Of a stretch of 64,000 bases of DNA, positions 24,597 through 35,705 are shown piece by piece. This stretch comes from Hypanus sabinus (lineage: Eukaryota). The notes under the pieces are model-generated. The model ran no database searches. It was not told where the DNA came from and was given only the letters and a program-made list of their open reading frames with translations. The position numbers and the translations under genes are program-made. The stretch spans positions 149,048,001-149,112,000 of the forward strand of contig NC_082711.1 in NCBI RefSeq assembly GCF_030144855.1, written 5' to 3'. Numbering within the stretch: the stretch's first letter is position 1; each line of letters starts with the position of its first letter.

Positions 24597-25509
24597 ATTT
24601 AAATATGTATAGCTATCTAGAGAGCAAAACATTACATATGTGAGTTGAGATGCATTCTATATAGAGTTAAAGTTTATAGCTAAGCAGGGAGGATTGTTGT
24701 GTATTTAATATTTCAGGAATATTTGAGTAATCTTCCATATACCTTGTTTGATTAAGCATTCTTTTTTTGTTAAAATAATTCATTATGGCTTATATGCAAA
24801 AGTACGTAAATGGTATACGTCATCACGCTACCACAGCATATGTGCATGCCTCGCTAAAGTAAAAATGAAACACACGAGTTATCCCTAGCTTTGTGTTTTG
24901 CTTTCATTTCATTTCTGGAATTATAAAACATAACAAATATGAAAATGATCATCCTATGGATGCATGGTTTTCTTTATTTATAATAACCTCACAATGTACA
25001 ATATGTTGAAGTTAACACATCTCAATAATTTACTGATTCCATTCAATTTCTGCTTCATTAAAACACTTCAACTTGATGTAACTTCTATTACTACTACTTT
25101 TAATGTTTGACCATATCTTCAAGCTGTGGGGAGGAGAGAGGATACAAAAAGGAATAACTGAAGAACTACTGATTCCTGAGCAATTACATGATGAATGAAA
25201 TAATAACTGATGCAAAATATTCTTCCAACACATTACCCAAAAGCAATCAAGCCGTAAATATTCAGCTTCCTTTTATTATCTGAGTTTAATTTTCTAATCC
25301 ATGTTCTATGCCCTCAAAGTTTAAGTGGGGTGAGTACATTTAGTCATTATGTAAGCTCCTTTCAAGCATCATAGATAAGCTCTAAAATCGTTCTGAAATA
25401 GAGAGCAATGGATAATTAGATCAAGATAGAGCTTTTCTAATGTGCTAAATTTCTCCATTTCAGATCCTATCTCTCTCTAATTGCCATGAATGAATTTCCT
25501 AACTTAGGG

Positions 25510-25790
25510 ACATACAGCATGGAAATGGGCCTCTTGGTCCATCAAGTCTTTGCTGACCGTCAAGCAGTCTATAAATGAATCCAATTCTTCTTCAGCTTCC
25601 CATTGACTCCATCGAAATTCTACCATTCAGCTATACACTGGGAGCATCTTAAAGTGGTCAAATAACTTACTAACCCATATGTCTCTGAATGTGTGAGGAA
25701 ACCCTCCCAGGGCAAATATTAAACTCCACAGAGATTATAGTTCAGGATTGAACTTGGGTAGCTGAGCTGTGAAGCCAATGTCTCTGCCAA
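25510..25790 (-). mobile_element. Decayed tRNA-derived SINE with CR1-like tail
   Basis: Minus-strand B box (gttcaatcc) near 25745 and CR1-type 3' end near 25510. Confidence 0.55.
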
Positions 25791-25849
25791 GTACCTATGA
25801 ACCCTGTATGGCCAATCAACAGAAGTGATGACTAGGTTCCAAAGCCAAA

Positions 25850-27010
25850 CCTGTTTGTTGTAAATGCAATATTTGCATCCACCTGACAATATGGAAGATT
25901 GTCCTGGTGAGTTCTGTTCACATAAAGTAGGACTAAGTCCTTCCACATCCATCTGCTTTCAATCATTGGCAAAATGTTGGAAGCATCAGGGATGGTGCTG
26001 TCAAGTGACAATTGCGAAAGAAAACGCAGCCCACCAACGTACAAAATAGTTTTTGCCAGGACTACTCTACCCTTGACCACATTACAGTTGTTGCTCAATC
26101 TTGATCAGAGAACTAAATACTGTAGGTAATGTAAGGTCACTTACATTGAAGCAGCATTTAAGTCAGAGCAACCTCACAATCCTAGGTCAAAACAGAAGGC
26201 AAAAGAAATTAAAAGGAAAATTGTCCATCTACTGGAGTCAAACCTTGCACAAAAGAATGTGTTTGTGATTGATGGTCAATTATCACAGCCCTGGGACATC
26301 ATTGATGTCTCAAGTCAGTATCCTCGACACAGCCTTCTTCAATTATTTTATTTATGAGCTTCTTACCAACATGTAGGAATTTCTCAGATTACTTAATTTC
26401 TGAGAAAATTAAGTAGTTCATACCTCATGCAGCAAGACATAATGTTCAGGAAAGGGGAGATATAAAAAATAATGTGCTGTACAAATACTAAACAGGAGAA
26501 TGACTAACCACCTTCTCTCGATCCATAAAGTAACCATATTAGCATCTTAATCCATAAAGGACCAGGGGCTGGATACCTTGTGGGTACTGACTCAACAAAT
26601 TTGTTTCACCATCTACAAAGCATGTCAGGATTATGCTCTGCACTTGTCTGAACGTGTGAAATCACAACAATGTTCAAGAAGCTCCACAGTATTCAAGGTA
26701 AAGTGGCTCTCTTGATTAGCACCTCATCCAGCACCATATAAATCCATTATGAATGCACTGCATTCACGCGTTAAGACTGGAGAGCAGGTCCCAATTCTGT
26801 GACCTCTCCTATCCCTGAAGGACAGGAGCAGCAGACACATAGGAACCAATGTCTGATGCAGGCTTACAACCCTCAAGCATCGACAAGTCCTTCCCCCAAG
26901 CCCCACAGATAATGTTTGACACACTGACTTCCTCCAACAGATTGATTATTGCTCCGGGTTCCAGCACCTGCGGTCACTTTTGTTTCCAGACACCCAGGAA
27001 CCTTTTGCAT
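25850..27010 (+). mobile_element. Ancient CR1/L2-group LINE RT remnant
   Basis: Degenerate (T)IWKIVLVSSVHIK, ICFQSLAKC and FCQDYSTLDHIT segments correspond to the RT N-terminal motifs WK.A.V.PVHKK, PISLLS and GFR.GHS..D.IT. Confidence 0.5.
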
Positions 27011-27935
27011 TCAAAATTCCCCCAGTAAATTTTGGAGCCAAAGGACAATACATTGATGGAACATTATTGAGCTTGTTTCATGCTACTAAATGAAGATCAA
27101 TTTCTAGTCGGTGAATCTGAGAAAAAATTTCCATTGAAGACATCAATTTTAAACTTGAGATATGTTTCTCCCTCCATGATCATGGTCTTACCTGAATAGC
27201 ACATCCAGTATTTTCTGAATTTCACCCCCCCCCCCACACACATTCTGTAATATTAAATCACCAATATTTTTTCCAGCTCAACATTAGCACTACTAATTTA
27301 TTTTTTGTATCTATTATAGTAATTTACTTGCCAAGAATTCATGAAGTTGCTGTAGTGACATTTAAATAGCTATAATTACATGAGAAAATTAAAAATATGC
27401 AAAGGCAATTAAACACATTCAACAAATTATGTTAATCAAACTATGCATACATCACTATGCCTAAGTGAAATTGGTGTGTTTGGATATGTATGAAAGAAAA
27501 ATCTTTATATTGAATAAATATCCACCATTATAGTGAAAGATGAATATGTTGACAGTAAAATTCAGCCTCATACTCAGAATATTTTGACTGCACCAGTACC
27601 ACGTTGGTTCCAATGTGACATCCAATGCACACATATCTGAGTCATTCTTTTCATATAGTGAAGCATGTTAGTATAATGTTCATCAGCTATTGGAAATAAG
27701 CAGTGTAGGCAGATTTGTGGCCCATGTACAGTACTTAAAGTATGTATTACCACGTGTTAAGCATGGGCACTGAATATTCAGCATCAGCAATACTGCCAAT
27801 GGGATTTATAGTGATCATGAGCAATGCACAGGGTAGTTGTTGATTAGTTTCTATTCCTTTAATTAAAATACCAGTGGTTTTCCCAAAACAGTTAGAGAGA
27901 CCAATCAGCAAGAGGCAGAGTGTAAAAAGTGCTAC

Positions 27936-28613
27936 TGTGTTGCCTTTAGGGCACTTGTTTAGTTTATTATATTTTCACTTAAGTAATTCGTTTGTTATCA
28001 TTTTCTAGTTAAAGTTAAGATTGTTTAAAGTAAATTCGTTGTCTGTGATATATCGCGGCATGCGATGATGTCACATCCGGTTTCGCCGCGTCTTGTGGGA
28101 AAATACCGGTTTGGAGAAATGGGAAGGAGGGGGCTCACATGTGCAGGATCAGTGCGAGAAAAGTTTTCTTTCTACGCACTAGAAACATAGTGAAGCAACG
28201 CTGTAAGTTCATGAGATAATCGATATGTTGAATTTAAAATGTTAATGCTGATTCTGTTAAAAGTAATGATGGTTGATAGGGTTGATGTTTTTGATATTTA
28301 AAGAGTTGTGGATAGTTTGTGTTGAAGTGTATTTAAAGCAGTCGATGGCGTAGGTAGATTCTGACTGTGTGTTGCACTTTAATGTAATATAGTTGTTGTA
28401 GTTTTACTTTTGCAAGTATTTATGATGTCAATGTGATATCAAGAAGGAAACAAATACTGTATACATTTTATATTGTTTTATCAACAGTTTTCACCGTACG
28501 TTAATGTGGAAGAGTGAACAGTAAACGGTTAATCTTACAGGGACCGCCTCATTGAATGGTTTAAATTTGGTGTTTAGTTCAGAGTTCTTTTACACCTGTG
28601 CGAGAACACTACA
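27936..28613 (+). mobile_element. Solo LTR with 5-bp TSD (BEL/Pao- or Mag-type)
   Basis: TGT...ACA ends with perfect TSD GCTAC (27931-35, 28614-18). Confidence 0.9.
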
Positions 28614-28799
28614 GCTACCTTTCTCTCAGGTCTGTGTTCAGGATTTAAAAAGTGTAGCTTCAAGCCGGGTTTCTCTAAGTTAGACAATCACTGTCGGGGT
28701 GTGTAAAACGAACTACCTTTTAAATCAGGACGGCGATTGAGACTTTAAAGGCAGAGTATTGCAGCAGCTTCTCTGTGTTGAGGAGTGACCAATTAGCAA

Positions 28800-30208
28800 G
28801 AGCGACTCATTAGAAAGGGCTGATAAAAATAACTCAAATGCAAGCAGAGCAGTCATTGTTTTGGACTGTGCCAGTCTTTAGAGTGGTTTTTGCTCATCAG
28901 GCTTGGGTGAGGTAAAGTATCCTGTAAGTTACTCTCTTTCCGTTCTCATTTGATCATTCCTCACCTGTTAGGGCAATGTAGTTCAGTGAGAATGGCTCTA
29001 GGGGCAGTGCTTTGTACTCTGTGTGGGATGTGGGAAGACTGGGAGACGTCCAGTCTGCCGGATAAATGCATCTGCACAAGATGCACCAAGTTTCAGTTCC
29101 TGAGAGAAGGTATTAAAGAAATGGAGCTGCAGCTCAATGACCTGCGACTTATACAGGAGAATTGGGAGATGACAGACAGGCGCTACAGGGAAGTAGTCAC
29201 TCCTAGGCTGCAGGAGACAGGTAACTGAGTGACTGTTAAGAGAAGGAGGGGAAATGCAGAGCCAGTGCAGAGTACACGTGTGGCCATTCCCCTCAATAGT
29301 AGGTATACAACTTTAGATACTATTGGGTGGGACGTCCTACCAGGGAATTCACAGTGACTGGGCCTCTGGCACTGAGTCTGGTAATGTGGCTCAGAAGAGC
29401 AGAGAGGTGAAGAGGGCTGCAGTGATGTTAGGAGATTCCTTAGAGGAACAGGGACGAGGTTCCAAGAGTGCGATAGAGACATCCGGATGATATGTTGCCT
29501 CCCCGGTGCCAGGATCAATGATGTCTTGGATCGTGTCCATGGCATTCTGAAGGGAGAGGGCAAGCCACCAGAAGTCTTGGTACATATTGGCACCAATGAC
29601 ATAGGCGGGCAAAGTGAGGATGTCCTGAACAGAGATTTTAGGGAGCTGGGTAGAAACAGGACCTCCAGGGTAGCAATCTCTGGATTGCTGGCTATGCCAC
29701 ATGCTAGCGAGGGTAAGAATAGGATGATTTGGCAGGTGACTATGTGGCTGAGCAACTGGTGCAGGGGTCAGGGGTACAGATTTATGGATCATTGAGATCT
29801 CTTTTGGAGAAGGTATGACCTGTGCACAAGTGATGAACCCGATGGAATCCAAGACAGGTTGCAGGCAGGTTGGCTAGATTTGTTTGGGTAGGTTTAAACT
29901 AATTTGGCAGGGATTTGGGAACCAGAATGATAGCACTGAAAATGAAATAGTTGGTTTACGGACAGAGGCAATGTGTAGTGAGACTGCTACCAAGGGAAGA
30001 GTGATTACAGTCAACAGGATGAGTAGCATTTTAAAAGGCGGACAAAATTGTGAAGGGTGAATACAGGAATACAGGGTGTTATATTTGAATGCGCACAGTA
30101 TACGGAATAAGGTAGATGAACCTATAGCACTGATACAGATTAGCATGTATGATGTTGTAGGCATCACTGAATCATGGATGAAAGAAGACTATAGCTGGGA
30201 GTTTAATG
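28800..30208 (+). mobile_element. CR1 LINE 5' half: ORF1 (zinc finger plus SGNH esterase) and start of ORF2 endonuclease; 3'-truncated
   Basis: CTLCGMWE..CTRC, LGDS, CCLPGA, VHIGTND, then YLNAHSIRNKVDE..YDVVGITESW. Confidence 0.93.
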
Positions 30209-30399
30209 TTTTTGTTCCAGACATTTGGGTTTCAATCCCATTCCTCTTGGGGTACGGTTGGTAGGATGAATGAGCAGAAGGGTAGATGAGAAGGAGGAAA
30301 AGAAGATAAAGGACTCTCAACAGGAAAATTTTGCAGGAACGACTTGTCTCCTGCTACTTCAGCCTGTGACTCATGTCAGAGATCCTCACCTAAATATAC

Positions 30400-31100
30400 T
30401 ACATGATGCATTCATACACCAGCAGTGAGCTGTGTGCAAAGACTGATTCACTTTGCCTGTTGTATTCCATGCTCCATATCCCACATCGAAACCATACCCC
30501 ATCTTTTTGTCCACTATTATGTAAATGACATTGGTTGTCAGGATCTGAGTATCACAAACATCTCCAGGCAAATTGGCCAGAGAAGATCTCATTCTTGCCA
30601 GCAAAAAAATGTGTGTTTCTCAGTGGCAAATTGAGTCCGTGGTTGAAGTCTTGCCATTTTGCAGGGACCAAATTTCAACTCTGAGATGGACCACAACTGG
30701 AAGGTTTCCGCCCACTTTGTGTTTGCTAATGTGTGACCATGAGCAGAGTATCATGCTTGTGAGGACATTGACAGGACCCAAGGCCTCAATGTATTGCTTA
30801 TTATCCGCCATGAGAAGACATTCCTCATTGAGAACATCATGCTTCCGAAAGCACACATGGCCTTTCAGTCTCAGGAAGTCTGCTCTGCTGAACATACTCC
30901 ATTCCCTGGAGAAATGGATCCGTTGGAATAGAGCTGTCCTCAGGGTCCCTGGCTACCGGTGTAGTGTGCTCTCCAAACACACATCTGCATGAGAGTATGA
31001 GAGTCCTACCAGGACCACAGTGCTGCAGATCTGATGAAAGTGCGGTTTCATTTCTTGCATCGATCCATCTTCCAATATAAGCCAAGCAGATGGTGACTGA
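30400..31100 (+). pseudogene. Highly decayed PIF/Harbinger (HARBI1-like) transposase relic
   Basis: Frame-broken motifs in the expected order: ETIPHL; NWK(G)F..LLMCDHEQSIMLV (cf. NRKGFHSLNVQLVCDH); DLMKVRFHFLHRSIFQYKP (cf. GLLKMRFRCLDRS..LQYSP). Confidence 0.5.
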
Positions 31101-31554
31101 AGCACAGCTTTGCTTATCAAAGACAACTGGAATGATAAAATGAAGGAGAAACCGAGTCTACAGAAAGACAGCCAGAGCTTGGACTGCAACAAGAGCAAGA
31201 GGACAATCTCAAGGTGATGTCTGTGCTCACCTATACAGTCTGATTTCCCAGCTGTGCAAGGTACAGGCACTGGACATGTAGATTACAAGGGATTCTCAGT
31301 GGAGGGACTATTTTCATAAAAGGCCTGTAAATTAGAGGCCCTCAATGCAAATTTCTATTCTAAAATTCCTGACAGTAAAATGGTACATAAAACCACCTCA
31401 CATACTGCTGTGCAGACCCAGTTGCACTGAATATAGCACATGAATGATCAAACTATGTTCCAAATACTTTAATGTTCTTTGAGTTTTGCCAGACAGATAT
31501 CTTGCATAGTGAAATCAGACTGCTTACAACACGTTAGCATTGAAGATCTCCACT

Positions 31555-32178
31555 CTCAGAATCAGAATCAAGTTTATTATCACCGGCATGTGTCGTGAAA
31601 TTTGTTAACTTAGCAGCAGCTGACTTAATATAGAAGAGAAAAATAATAATAAATAAATAATAATAAACAATAAGTAAATAAATTACAATATACATCCTGA
31701 CAAAGGGTCTCGGCCCGAAATGTTGACAGTGCTTCTCCTTATGGATGCTGCCTGGCCTACTGTGTTCCACCAGCCTTTTGTGTGTACAGTATACGTATAC
31801 TGAATAGATTAAAAATCGTGCAAAAACAGAATATATATTAAAAAAGTGAAGTAGAGTTCAATGTTCCAATGTCTATTTAGGAATTGGATGGCAGAGGAGA
31901 AGAAGCTGATCCTGAATTGCTGAGTGTGTGCCTTCAGGCTTCTGTACCTCCTACCTGATGGTAACAGTGAGAAAAGGGCATGCCCTGGGTTCTGGACGTC
32001 CCTAATAATGAACGCTACCTTTCTAAGACACCGTTCCTTGAAGATGTCCTGGGTACTTTACAGGCTAGTACCCAAGATGGAGCCGACTAAATTTACAACC
32101 CTCTGCAGCTTCTTTCGGTCCTGTGCAGTAGCCCACACCCCATATCAGACAGTGATGCCACCTGTCAGAATGCTCTGC
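31555..32178 (-). mobile_element. Rex1/Babar LINE 3' end
   Basis: (TCTGAT)n tail. Minus strand encodes ERCLRKVAFIIRDVQNPGHALFSLLPSGRRYRSL. Confidence 0.9.
31695..31785 (+). mobile_element. Penelope terminal fragment with mutated minimal hammerhead motif
   Basis: CTGACAA-agggtctcggccc-GAAA-tg-TT-gacag, followed by the same tail as 55362-55487. Confidence 0.8.
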
Positions 32179-32462
32179 ATGTGTAAGTAATGGTGTACTT
32201 ATCACTTGCACATAACTTGTAAGAATGTGACACTTGATTGCACAATACTTCATTGCCTTTCCTGGAAGAGAATTCTCCAGTCATCTTGTACCAGGCTCTT
32301 CCTGTGGTGACCTGGCAGTCTTCTTGGCTTGCCACTGGATATGTACCTGGTCAAGCATGACCTATGTGATGAACATCAGATTGAACACGGAAGCTGCTCC
32401 TATCATTCCTACCAATGCATGTGTAGCCGCTGTTTGGCTGTGCTAGGGAGTATCCTTTCAGG

Positions 32463-32533
32463 CAGAGGATCCCAATCTTTTTTTTTTGCCATGGATCAAT
32501 ACCATTAAGCAAGCCCCAGGTTGAGAAACCCTG
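32463..32533. mobile_element. 71-bp hAT mini-MITE
   Basis: Degenerate TIRs cagaggatcccaa / ttgagaaaccctg; 8-bp TSD CTTTCAGG/CTTTAAGG. Confidence 0.75.
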
Positions 32534-32547
32534 CTTTAAGGATTGTC

Positions 32548-33710
32548 ATTCTTCTTTAAAAGATGCACAGCAAAGTGCCATGAAATCTAAATAACTGGGT
32601 GCAGTTCTATTGACTACAGCACTTGTTTTAGGATGTATTCCATCCTAAAGTCACTTTTGACTGGACCATGGTCAACTTTCTTAGTTTCTCATGAAGTTAA
32701 AAAGGCTTATCATCAAACACTCAAATGTTTCAAAGTACATTTATTATCAAAGTGTGCAAACAGAATACTACTCTGAAATTTGTCCTCCTGCAGGCAGCCA
32801 CAAAACAAAGGAACACCATTGAACATGTTCAAAAAAAAAACATCAAACACCTAATGCGCAAGAAATAGAACAAATTGTGCAAATGTCAAAAAGCAAGTGA
32901 AAAACACATAGAATATTAACATCAAACTAGGTGTCCAGGAGTATCTGGTTTAGTTCAGTTCACTGCTGCTAGCCAACTGCAGGCTGTGGAGCTAGTCTTT
33001 GAAGAAGCGTTCCAGTCCGCATCAATCATTCTGATAAAACTGCTCAAAAAGCAGCAAATATAATCAGAATCCAGGAGCAAATGCAACGGGAACCTCAACA
33101 TCCCACAAAAACAAGTCCACAGCTACAAGCCTCGCTGTTCAATCCTTGCAACGTGGATCCCAAGACTCCCACACTTTCTCCAACATTTTTTACTGAATTA
33201 CCCCTTGGCCTGCTCTTCAAATTTGGCTTAGGCAGTTTCAAACACTCGTTCTCCATCCCCCCACTTACTTTCTCGTCGACTTCAACCTTGCTCGACTCCT
33301 CAATCATTGAATGGAGTCAATCGTGGGCGTGCTCCCTGCGTCCAAGCCTCCAGGCTACCATGACACCCACTCTGTTCCCAACCACACTGAAGTCCCTCGG
33401 AAACAGCAAAGCACCAGATTGCTCATTTGGCCCCAAAATATGGCATTGAAGCGTAAATTGCATGCAGCTTAGCAGTAGTCATATTTGAAAAAATAAGTAG
33501 TTTTGTGAACTGTCTACAGGACATCACTGTTGGTTGGGTTGTTCGCTGGAGCCAGCTTGGAGATACCACTCCAAGAACTTCTACTGTTAAAAGTATCATA
33601 ACAGTATTCTTCTTTAAAAGATGCACAGCAAACTGCAATGAACTCTAAATAACTGGGTGCCGTTCTATTGACCACAGCACTTGTTTTAGGACGTATTCCA
33701 TCCTAAAGTC
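32548..33710 (+). repeat. 105-bp direct repeat (32548-32652 and 33606-33710)
   Basis: Ungapped alignment by eye with about 6 mismatches. Confidence 0.95.
32725..33560 (-). mobile_element. Putative non-autonomous Rex1-tailed retroelement
   Basis: Tail (minus strand: gataataaatgtactttgaa) resembles the Rex1 tail at 22178-22260; 5' end is caag(c)tggc-like. Confidence 0.5.
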
Positions 33711-34207
33711 CATCACGTTCTGGCATGCAAGTTTGAATGTGTAGAAACATAAAAAACTGCAGAGATTAATGGACTCAGCCCAAAACATCATGGGTATTTC
33801 TCTTCCCATCTTTGGAATCCAGTTTCTTCAGGAGGTACAGTTTCAAGGCAGCAATATCTAAGATCAAAGATCCCCATCACCCAGGCTGTGCATCTTTTTA
33901 CAGCTGTCATTGTACAGGAGAAGCAAAGGACAGAAGTCCCACATCGTCAAGTTCAAGAACAGATACTTTCCTTGAACCATTTGATTCTTGAACCTACTTG
34001 CACCAACCTAGTTACTGCGGTTTAGCCGCACTATTACCACTTTAATCAAATGGATTCTTTAAAGTTGTGAATGATTTATGTTTACTTTCTGATTTTCTTG
34101 TGAACGCTACTAATATGATGCTACATACCCCTGATGCAGTTGCATTTTTATCATTACACCATGCATATACGGAGGCGTGGAAATGGTAATAACCTTGACT
34201 TTGACTT
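33711..34207 (+). mobile_element. Rex1/Babar LINE 3' fragment
   Basis: ITFWHA..KKLQRLMDSAQNIMG, IKDPHHPG and FKNRYFP motifs; (TTGACT)n tail. Confidence 0.85.
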
Positions 34208-35705
34208 TCTGATTTTTATGTGGGGAAAAATCAGGTGGTAAACAGAGCCATATTTTGTCACAAGAAAATGGATGCCACCCATTTTCAAAGCAATTGATAC
34301 CAAAAGATCCTGTCTTAATCCAAGGGAGATCTCTTGTAAATGTTTCCATAAATTCTTTCAAACCTTCTTTCCCCAGGAGCTCTACTCAGTCTTTTTTTCT
34401 GCAAGCAATGTAATAGAACATCTATTAAAACTCAAAACTCAAGTTAGATTAAATGCTAATTTTTCCCAAAGCTACAAAGAGCTCATTTAGAATAACAATG
34501 CCAGAAATGTTCTCAGGAAGTTTTCATTCGTGCCTTGTACTGTACATCTGGTAAAATCCATAGAGATAGCTGATAACTTTAGTGAGTGTGAACACAACAT
34601 TTGGTACCAGATTGATACCCATCACACAGAACCTTCTTTCTATTGGCTTCAGTGCATTTAGAAACCAGCAGGAACTTAACTGTTTAACCTGTAACTTAAA
34701 TTCTATGGAATCACATATCAGTTGAACCATCTTGGCACATCCCAAGTGTAGGATTTTTTAATTATTCTGAACAGAAGCTTTTTCTAAATACGGAGATCAC
34801 AGTTTATGTTTGGCTCTAACATCTTTTATCTGCATAGAGGTTTATTGTAAAATCTTTACAACCAAGAATATATGGGTCCTAAAGAATCTAATTAAGATTC
34901 GTGATCACAAGCTATTGCATGCATTATCGATGCACACATAAACCTGCCATTGTGTTATCTCCTAAATGCATAATAGATTGGGCTCCTTTCTAAAGTGCTC
35001 ATTGCACAGTAAGCCCATGTTACATTGACCCATAAATGATGGATAAGAAAAGTAATTGAATGGATATAAAAAAAATTGTGTGTTACGATCTATATCAAGC
35101 TCTGGATTTATTATGATGAAGAACTTCTGCCTATTGTTGACCCTATTCCAAAGCCCACAGTCATTTAGTTAACCCATCATGACACAGCCAAGCCTTTTTC
35201 CTTGGATGCTACAGATTTTAATGCAGTACCTTGATGCTGGAAGGAAGAATGGTCAACAATCCAGCTGCCCCAAAGATAAAGGCAACCTTTTAGCAATTAT
35301 TAAGCCGAGTTTCCCTTCCGCGATCTGCAAAGAACTGGCAATAGTCGCAATAGTACTGGCAATAGTCACCCTTTCCAAATGAATTAAGTGCCAGACTTGC
35401 AGATACTCACTGTGAGCCCAGAAGTTATTGAAGTCTCCCTGGGCTCAGGTTATCACAAAATCTGCCACTGACTACTCTGATGGGAAATTATTGCTCCAGC
35501 TCCACACTGGGTCGGACTTGGTATGGGATTTGGGACCCTTGTTGTGGTCAAAGAAAGAGGCAGCAAGGGAAATGGTCTTCAGCCCACCAAATGCACACTA
35601 AACATCAACCGTCATTGACTCTAATCCTACTTGATCCCATTTTTTTATTCTACCCACATTCTCATTAGCTCACCTACACACTGAAGGTAATTTACAGCAA
35701 TGTAT

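Larger units (their letters stand above)
19826..24935 (+). mobile_element. Old Gypsy (Mag/K02A2.6-like) LTR retrotransposon, protease-RT deleted, with nested insertions
   Basis: Diverged LTR pair at 19826-20042 and 24695-24935, TGGTGAC PBS remnant, AGGGAGGA PPT. Gag NWVMYTE.IEQHFKANG; RNase H tail DHQPLVS; integrase PWQRIRV..KWPEVF..DSGPQ. Confidence 0.88.
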
